A model generated the notes under the pieces. It worked only from the letters and a program-made list of their open reading frames with translations. It made no database searches and had not been told where the DNA came from. The translations under genes and the position numbers were made by a program. From positions 1 to 57,974 of the forward strand of contig JAPLDY010000033.1 in NCBI GenBank assembly GCA_026391595.1: a stretch of DNA of 57,974 bases, in the 5' to 3' direction. This document shows positions 52,247 to 57,974 of this stretch, in pieces; the stretch's first letter is position 1; every line of letters begins with the position of its first letter. This stretch comes from Bacteroidia bacterium. Its GTDB lineage: Bacteria; Bacteroidota; Bacteroidia; Bacteroidales; VadinHA17.

Positions 52247-54862
52247 ATGAAAAAAGTTATTTTACTGCTTTTGTTTTTTCCTTATTTGTCATTCGGTCAG
52301 ATCGCTGATGATTTTGAAACTGGTACAATCTCAAGCTGGACTGAAGGAGTGGTAAATCATTGGAAAGCAGATTCTGCCGGATGCATCAACGGCAATTTTT
52401 CACTTCATCATATTTTTGATAATCCTTCAAGCGGCTCAGACTGTATCGGATTGCCACTTACAAACCTTCATCCCGCAGAAGGAACGACCAGATGGACATT
52501 CAGGGTAAGGCATGGATATGATCCGTCAGCATCAAACAACTGGTCGGTTTTTCTGATGTCCGATCATGGTCCGACGGATTTTAACGGAGGCTCAGCTGTA
52601 AGCGGATATGCAGCAGGAGTCAACCTTTCGGGTTATGACGACACTCTTCGTATATGGAAATTAAAGAAGGGTTCTGTGACTGTTGTTGCAACATGCCTTG
52701 TAAACTGGCAAAACGATATTGGAACGTTAAAAGCTGCGAAATTAGTTCTTGAAAGAAGCAACGCCGGAGAATGGGGAATAACAGTTTATGACAACTATAA
52801 TAAACTCCTGGGAACTGCTTCGGGTTACGATCCTGAATTGTTCAACACGGCATGGATGATGTTGGATTACAGGTACACTTCAACGCGCGACAGGCTTCTC
52901 TGGTTTGATGATCTCAGAATTGAGGGCGTTTTTTATAAAGACTCCGCTCCACCAGAGGTGTCCCTGACCAGGATTACAGGTACGAATTCGCTTGAGCTTA
53001 CATTCAATGAAGACCCGTCGGATGATATTCTGAATCCGTTACTTTTCTCTTTAAATGATGGCGCTGACCTGCCTGTTTCGGTTAAGCGAAAAGCACCCGC
53101 TTTAATAGAGGTCCGCTTTAAAAACTGTTTCATCAATAAGACAAAAAACCATCTGACCATAGGAATGCTGTGTGACAGAACAGGAAATTGTACGGCAAAA
53201 GCAGAAATTGAATTTACACCCGTCTGGGTGGAAACTGCTGATGTAGTAATATCCGAGATAATGGCCGATCCTATGCCAGCAGTCTCACTACCCGAAAAAG
53301 AATATCTTGAATTAACCAACCGGACGGAGTTTTCATTCAACATTAATAACTGGATCATGGCAGCCGGGAGCCAGAAGTCAATCTTACCGTCAGCAGAGAT
53401 TGGCCCTGGCGAGTTTATGATATTATGTTCCATTAATGATACCTCTCTCTTCTCAAAATACGGAAAGACAACAGGAATTAAATCATTCCCTTCCCTTTAT
53501 GATGAAGGCAAGGTGATATGGTTATCAGACTCTTCAGGCAATTTAATTCATGGTGTTGAATATTCTTCAAGCTGGTACGGTGTGAAGCTTAAAGAGGATG
53601 GGGGCTGGTCGCTTGAAATGATCGATACCCGTTCGCCATTTTTCACTGAAGGAAACTGGGAAGCCTCTTCCTCAAAAATAGGAGGTACCCCCGGGAAAAT
53701 AAATTCAGCATCAAGGACGAATCCGGATCTGTTTTTTTACGGGATTGAAAATACATTCCCGTCAGATAGTGTTACCATAACCCTTGATCTGTCGGAAACA
53801 ATTACTGATTTGGCCGGGCAAAATGAAAAAATCCTTGTTGACGATGATATTGCAGAATCGGTCTTTCCCACTGATCCGCTTCTGAGGGAATTCATTATTA
53901 AGCTGAAAAAGCCTTTGTCAAAAGAAAGAGAATCCACATTTTTCCTGACTGGTGATGTACATGATTTTTCAGGCAATGAAATAACCCGGCGATCGAGCTG
54001 GTTGGGAATTCCGGAAACTGCTTCTAAGGGCGAGATTGTTTTTAATGAGATACTCTTCAACCCTTTTCCTGAAGATCCGGATTTTATCGAATTTTTTAAC
54101 TGCTCGGAAAAGATTGTTGATCCTTCACGGCTTTACCTTGCATCAATAAACTTTGAAACAGGTGACACGTCTGATATAAATGCTGTTTCTGCTGCCCATC
54201 GGTGCATAATGCCTGGATCATATTACGTTGCAACTGTTGACAGGAGCAGGATAATTGCAAGATACCCCGGTTCAGTTCCGGAAAATATTTTCAATACAAC
54301 CCTTCCGTCGATGCCTGACGACAGGGGCCATCTATTGCTCCTGAACAGGGAAATGGAAGTTATTGATGAGGTCATTTATAGTGAAGATATGCATTATTCC
54401 CTTCTTTCCGGTAAAGAAGGTGTATCTCTTGAAAAGATCAGACCGGAGATACTGTCTGCAGAAAGCATGAACTGGCACTCGGCTTCGGAAAGTTCAGGGT
54501 GGGGGACCCCGGGGACTGTAAATTCAGTATTCAGCCTTGCTCCCCGGTCCGCCGACAGGATTCGCTTTTCTTCAGGCAGGATCTCCCCTGATAATAATGG
54601 GTTTGAGGATGTGCTGGTAATTGACCTTGATTTGGAAGGGACAGGCAATGTAGTGACCATTACGATATTTGATGAGAAGGGAGGATTTATCAGGCGAATA
54701 GTGGAAAACTATCTTGCCGGAGAAAAAGCATCAATAGTCTGGGATGCCACTGCAGATGACGGATCACTGGTAAACTCAGGGATCTATATTGTTTTTATAG
54801 AATTATATAATGATAAGGGCAAAATAAAATCCTGGAAGAAAGTATGTACGGTTGTAAGATAA
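52247..54862 (+). CDS. large secreted protein with two lamin-tail-domain (LTD)-like modules and a C-terminal beta-sandwich sorting-type domain
   Basis: Signal peptide. LTD-like segments are VVISEIMADPMPAVSLPEKEYLELTN and IVFNEILFNPFPEDPDFIEFFN. The C-terminal ~80 aa (ITIFDEKGGFIRRIV...GIYIVFIELYNDKGKIKSWKKVCTVVR) resemble FlgD-Ig/T9SS C-terminal domains. Confidence 0.7.
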   Translation: MKKVILLLLFFPYLSFGQIADDFETGTISSWTEGVVNHWKADSAGCINGNFSLHHIFDNPSSGSDCIGLPLTNLHPAEGTTRWTFRVRHGYDPSASNNWSVFLMSDHGPTDFNGGSAVSGYAAGVNLSGYDDTLRIWKLKKGSVTVVATCLVNWQNDIGTLKAAKLVLERSNAGEWGITVYDNYNKLLGTASGYDPELFNTAWMMLDYRYTSTRDRLLWFDDLRIEGVFYKDSAPPEVSLTRITGTNSLELTFNEDPSDDILNPLLFSLNDGADLPVSVKRKAPALIEVRFKNCFINKTKNHLTIGMLCDRTGNCTAKAEIEFTPVWVETADVVISEIMADPMPAVSLPEKEYLELTNRTEFSFNINNWIMAAGSQKSILPSAEIGPGEFMILCSINDTSLFSKYGKTTGIKSFPSLYDEGKVIWLSDSSGNLIHGVEYSSSWYGVKLKEDGGWSLEMIDTRSPFFTEGNWEASSSKIGGTPGKINSASRTNPDLFFYGIENTFPSDSVTITLDLSETITDLAGQNEKILVDDDIAESVFPTDPLLREFIIKLKKPLSKERESTFFLTGDVHDFSGNEITRRSSWLGIPETASKGEIVFNEILFNPFPEDPDFIEFFNCSEKIVDPSRLYLASINFETGDTSDINAVSAAHRCIMPGSYYVATVDRSRIIARYPGSVPENIFNTTLPSMPDDRGHLLLLNREMEVIDEVIYSEDMHYSLLSGKEGVSLEKIRPEILSAESMNWHSASESSGWGTPGTVNSVFSLAPRSADRIRFSSGRISPDNNGFEDVLVIDLDLEGTGNVVTITIFDEKGGFIRRIVENYLAGEKASIVWDATADDGSLVNSGIYIVFIELYNDKGKIKSWKKVCTVVR

Positions 54863-54893
54863 CCCCCACCTCGGAAGAGCTTGGGGTAGTTAC

Positions 54894-55019
54894 TTTTTTG
54901 AAAATCCCCTCCTTGGAGAGCCTGCCCCGCGGCAGCGGGGGGTTTGGGGTGGGTTCTTTTTTGAAAATCCCCTCCTTGGAGAGCCTGCCCCGCGGCAGCG
55001 GGGGGCTAGGGGTGGGTTA
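54894..55019 (+). repeat. 63-bp tandem direct repeat x2 of the GC-rich repeat family; copy 2 is the left inverted repeat of the DUF559 gene
   Basis: TTTTTTGAAAATCCCCTCCTTGGAGAGCCTGCCCCGCGGCAGCGGGGGG(TTT/CTA)GGGGTGGGTT occurs at 54894-54956 and 54957-55019. Cores lie at 54917-54940 and 54980-55003. The array starts 32 nt after the LTD gene stop. Confidence 0.9.
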
Positions 55020-55037
55020 ACTAGCGAAAACCAAATT

Positions 55038-55460
55038 ATGTTAAATAAACGCAAAATACTGTCTTATAATCCTGATCTAAAAGAACTTGCAAATGAACTT
55101 CGAAAAAATATGACTCTTTCTGAAGTTTTGCTCTGGAATGAACTTAAACAAAAGAGGATGTTAGGATTTGATTTCGACAGACAACGGCCAATAGGAAATT
55201 TTATAGTGGATTTCTATTGCAAAGAACTATGTCTGGCAATTGAAATTGATGGTGATACACATATATTTAGATATGATTATGATGAGGAGAGACAAACTAC
55301 TCTTGAAAAAATGGGAGTACACTTTTTAAGATTTGATGATATAGAAGTTAAAAAGAATATATCAAATGTATTAAGAGTAATTGGGGATTGGATTGTTATA
55401 AACAAACCCACCCCTAGCCCCCCGCTGCCGCGGGGCAGGCTCTCCCAGGAGGGGATCTAA
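55038..55460 (+). CDS. DUF559 (Vsr-like endonuclease fold) domain protein
   Basis: ELRKNMTLSEVLLWNELKQKRMLGFDFDRQRPIGNFIVDFYCKELCLAIEIDGDTH...GVHFLRFDDIEVKKN is the classic DUF559 pattern. The last 17 codons (PTPSPPLPRGRLSQEGI) are encoded by the right inverted repeat. Confidence 0.85.
   Translation: MLNKRKILSYNPDLKELANELRKNMTLSEVLLWNELKQKRMLGFDFDRQRPIGNFIVDFYCKELCLAIEIDGDTHIFRYDYDEERQTTLEKMGVHFLRFDDIEVKKNISNVLRVIGDWIVINKPTPSPPLPRGRLSQEGI
55405..55456 (-). repeat. right inverted copy of the 52-bp GC-rich repeat
   Basis: The reverse complement of 55405-55456 is ATCCCCTCCTGGGAGAGCCTGCCCCGCGGCAGCGGGGGGCTAGGGGTGGGTT. It matches 54967-55018 at 51 of 52 positions. Confidence 0.9.
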
Positions 55461-56272
55461 AGGGTCGATATCATCTCCGTCATCAATGCTGTCATGCGCT
55501 CTTCGGTTTTGGCAGCCTCATCGAGAACAGACTGATGAGTCGTATAGGCGATTTTTCCTTCAACGCCAAGGTCTGTGATGATACTCACTGCAAAGACCGG
55601 CAGGTTCATATGACGGGCAACTATAACTTCGGGTGTTGTAGACATACCCACGGCATCAGCCCCAATGATCCTGAAATACTTGTACTCAGACGGTGTCTCA
55701 AAAGTCGGTCCGCTCGTTGAAAGATAAACTCCCTTATGAACTCTTATCTTCAGGTCTTCAGCAATAACAAGCGCTTTTTTAATCAGGTATTTGTCATAAG
55801 CTTCCCCCATATCCGGGAAACGTGCACCGATACGATCGTCATTCGGACCGATAAGAGGATTTGGCAGCAAGTTAATGTGATCTGTTATGATCATTATGTC
55901 GCCTATCCGGAATGTGGGATTGACTCCCCCGGCAGCATTTGAGAGGAAAAGACATTTGATTCCCAGATATTTCAGGACTCTTACACCGAGGGAAACCTGT
56001 TCCGGGCCATAACCTTCATAATAATGAAACCTGCCCTTCATGGCAACAATTTTCTTTTTTCCGAAATCACCATAGATAAGCTTTCCTGCATGTCCTTCAA
56101 CTGTCGAAACAGGAAAATTAGGGATGTCCCTGTAGTCTATTTCAAGACAATTTTCCATTTTGGCAGTAAGACCGCCAAGACCTGTTCCCAGGATTATTCC
56201 AGCATCGGGATTAACAATTCCCTTCGCCTTAAGAAACTCTGTTGTTTCGTTTATTTTTTCTAACATAATCAA
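55457..56272 (-). CDS. purine nucleoside phosphorylase (PunA-type)
   Basis: GIILGTGLGGL, STVEGHAGKLIYG, MKGRFHYYEGY, LSNAAGG, GPTFETPSEYKYFRIIGADAVGMSTTPEVIVARH. Confidence 0.9.
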   Translation of the reverse strand: MIMLEKINETTEFLKAKGIVNPDAGIILGTGLGGLTAKMENCLEIDYRDIPNFPVSTVEGHAGKLIYGDFGKKKIVAMKGRFHYYEGYGPEQVSLGVRVLKYLGIKCLFLSNAAGGVNPTFRIGDIMIITDHINLLPNPLIGPNDDRIGARFPDMGEAYDKYLIKKALVIAEDLKIRVHKGVYLSTSGPTFETPSEYKYFRIIGADAVGMSTTPEVIVARHMNLPVFAVSIITDLGVEGKIAYTTHQSVLDEAAKTEERMTALMTEMISTL

Positions 56273-57323
56273 CTATCATATTGTCAAATTCCACCCTGTC
56301 GTCATTCAGGAAATCTATTCCTATCGGGATATAATAGGACGACGACCGTAAATTTTCTGCAATATTAGTAAATTCCCGCAACCTGACAGCATCCTTCTCT
56401 GTGGTGATAACATACTTCATGTCAGTTTTTAGGGACATCCATGCTTCTTCTATCTTATGAATATCCTTTAAAGTGAAAGTATGGTGATCTTCAAAAGGCA
56501 GGTGGATAATTTCAGTGAACTTCTTTTCAAGATATTCAAGAAGTGGTTGTGGATTGGCAATTCCTGTTACAAGAACCATCCCGCGTTTTTCAATTCCTGT
56601 TTCAGATAAAATATTTGTTTCCGAAGGGTCCCCGTCAAATACATTTACCGGGGCAATATATTTGACTGTAGTGAAATAGAGATTCTGATAAGGTCGTTTA
56701 TTTATATCTTTTACAATTATTCTTCTCTGAATAGGGGAAATGTTTTCAGGGGATTTGGTAATGAGTATTATATCAGCCCTTGACATATTACTAACACTTT
56801 CCCTCAGGTTGCCATAGGGAAGCATTTTGTCCCTTATCATCAGCCTTTCAAAATCGGAGAGAAGGATTGAGTACCCCGGAGTGATCCTTCTGTGTTGAAA
56901 TCCGTCATCTAAAATTATTACACTTGTCTCCGGTTTTTCCTTGAGGATACTCTTCACTCCACGTATTCGGTTACTGTCGACGGCGACAATAATATCCTGA
57001 AATTTTTTGTACATCTGCAAAGGCTCATCACCAATATCTTCAGAAGTTGACGCAGGATCTGCAAATCGGAATCCTGAACTCTTTCTTTTATAGCCCCTGC
57101 TGAGAATTGCTACTTTGAAATCTTTTCGGAGGAGATCGGCAAGATATTCGGTATGTGGTGTCTTTCCCGTTCCTCCTACCGCCAGGTTACCGACACAAAT
57201 TACGGGAATGCCGAATTCATGCGATTTAAGGATCTCCGAATTATATAGAAAGTTCCTTATTGCAGTTATCAGACCGTAGAGAAGAGAGAACGGATATAGG
57301 AATATGCTTCTCCTGTTGTCCAT
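56229..57323 (-). CDS. lpxK: tetraacyldisaccharide 4'-kinase
   Basis: PVICVGNLAVGGTGKTPHTEYLA (P-loop), ILSRGYKRKS, GDEP, ILDDGFQH. Its 3' end overlaps the PNP start by about 40 nt. Confidence 0.9.
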   Translation of the reverse strand: MDNRRSIFLYPFSLLYGLITAIRNFLYNSEILKSHEFGIPVICVGNLAVGGTGKTPHTEYLADLLRKDFKVAILSRGYKRKSSGFRFADPASTSEDIGDEPLQMYKKFQDIIVAVDSNRIRGVKSILKEKPETSVIILDDGFQHRRITPGYSILLSDFERLMIRDKMLPYGNLRESVSNMSRADIILITKSPENISPIQRRIIVKDINKRPYQNLYFTTVKYIAPVNVFDGDPSETNILSETGIEKRGMVLVTGIANPQPLLEYLEKKFTEIIHLPFEDHHTFTLKDIHKIEEAWMSLKTDMKYVITTEKDAVRLREFTNIAENLRSSSYYIPIGIDFLNDDRVEFDNMIVDYVRKNKRNNRVS

Positions 57324-57326
57324 AAA

Positions 57327-57974
57327 TTAATGGATCTCAATAAAATATGGCAGTCTGGCCTGGATACCAGATAATGTGCTGATATCTTTTATCTCATTAT
57401 ATAATCTGTAAGACTCTCCAAGTTCTTTCTTCAGAAGATTCATTCTTATATTGCCGCTTAGCTGGCTGATCAGTTTCGTATAGGGATCCTCTATTGCAGG
57501 CAGTTCCCTGATAGAATATAAGGAATCCAGCCCTGCGAGTTTTGCCGCACCTTTGACGGCATCCTTTAAGCCTCCGATCTCATCAATAAGACCTATCTTA
57601 AGTGCGCTTGTTCCGCTCCATACCCTTCCCTGACCTATGCTGTCGACAGATTCAAAGGATTTCTTTCTGCCTTCAGCAACTTTGTTGACAAAATCAGTAT
57701 ATATCTGTTCGACACTCATCTGAATGACCTCTTTTTCGTAAGCCTCCAGAGGCCGGTATAACGAAATAAAATCAGAATTTTCATTTGTATTCACTGTCTC
57801 ATGAGTTATCCCCAGCTTCTGTTCCATGAGTTTTCCCGCATTGGGTATCATTCCGAAAACGCCGATTGAACCAGTAATTGTAGTTGGATTTGAATAAATT
57901 TTAGTGCAGGGAGCAGAAATATAATACCCTCCTGAAGCAGCATAATTTCCCATTGATATCACAACAGGCTTAAC
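57327..57974 (-). CDS. sppA: signal peptide peptidase SppA, C-terminal part; the 5' end lies beyond the window
   Basis: GNYAASGGYYISAP, ITGSIGV, GRVWSG are S49 peptidase motifs. The reading frame stays open to the window edge. Confidence 0.85.
   Translation of the reverse strand, partial: VKPVVISMGNYAASGGYYISAPCTKIYSNPTTITGSIGVFGMIPNAGKLMEQKLGITHETVNTNENSDFISLYRPLEAYEKEVIQMSVEQIYTDFVNKVAEGRKKSFESVDSIGQGRVWSGTSALKIGLIDEIGGLKDAVKGAAKLAGLDSLYSIRELPAIEDPYTKLISQLSGNIRMNLLKKELGESYRLYNEIKDISTLSGIQARLPYFIEIH

Noticed and set aside
54894-55019. Possible CRISPR array (repeated GC-rich palindromic units)
   Set aside because: There are only two units. They are directly contiguous with a 63-bp period and no spacers, there are no cas genes, and a third copy lies inverted on the far side of a gene. 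This is a dispersed palindromic repeat, not a CRISPR array.

Overview
This 58-kb window looks like a chromosomal segment from a Bacteroidota-type genome. The taxonomic guess is an inference from four things: TAnnTTTG -7 boxes with TTTG -33 boxes, an ECF sigma/FecR/STN-domain cluster, a GldM-like protein, and a Bacteroidetes-style TonB. I can support about 47 protein genes and 2 tRNAs.

The genes are mostly housekeeping:
- rplM-rpsI-rpsB-tsf, pyrH-frr, dxs, purD, asd, hflX, lpxK, a PunA-type purine nucleoside phosphorylase gene and sppA.
- nrfHA, the ammonia-forming cytochrome c nitrite reductase.
- An arsenite carrier, an MFS transporter and a GNAT acetyltransferase.
- Two small glycan-degradation islands: PL11 plus a large lyase-like protein, and GH2 plus a GH39-like protein.
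- A TerB-ABC transporter operon and two radical SAM genes.

I see no rRNA genes, CRISPR arrays, transposases, integrases or recognisable defence genes.

The most unusual content is non-coding:
- A dispersed family of GC-rich palindromic repeats with core AGAGCCTGYCCCRC(N2-4)CAGCGGG. One pair of 52-bp copies (51/52 identical) sits in inverted orientation around a DUF559 endonuclease-like gene, which resembles a REPtron.
- The 0.6-kb spacer upstream of purD appears to be a nested insertion. It contains a 385-bp MITE-like element with perfect 19-bp terminal inverted repeats, a 9-bp target-site duplication and an internal 183-bp palindrome.
- Both tRNA genes are preceded by direct repeats of their own 5' ends.
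- A 9-bp x 12 tandem repeat lies between two convergent genes.

On the protein side, the most unusual item is an ECF sigma/FecR pair. It is flanked by two paralogous CarboxypepD_reg-type proteins, and one carries an STN-like signalling domain but no TonB-dependent barrel.

All functional calls come from motif recognition by eye. No database search was run.
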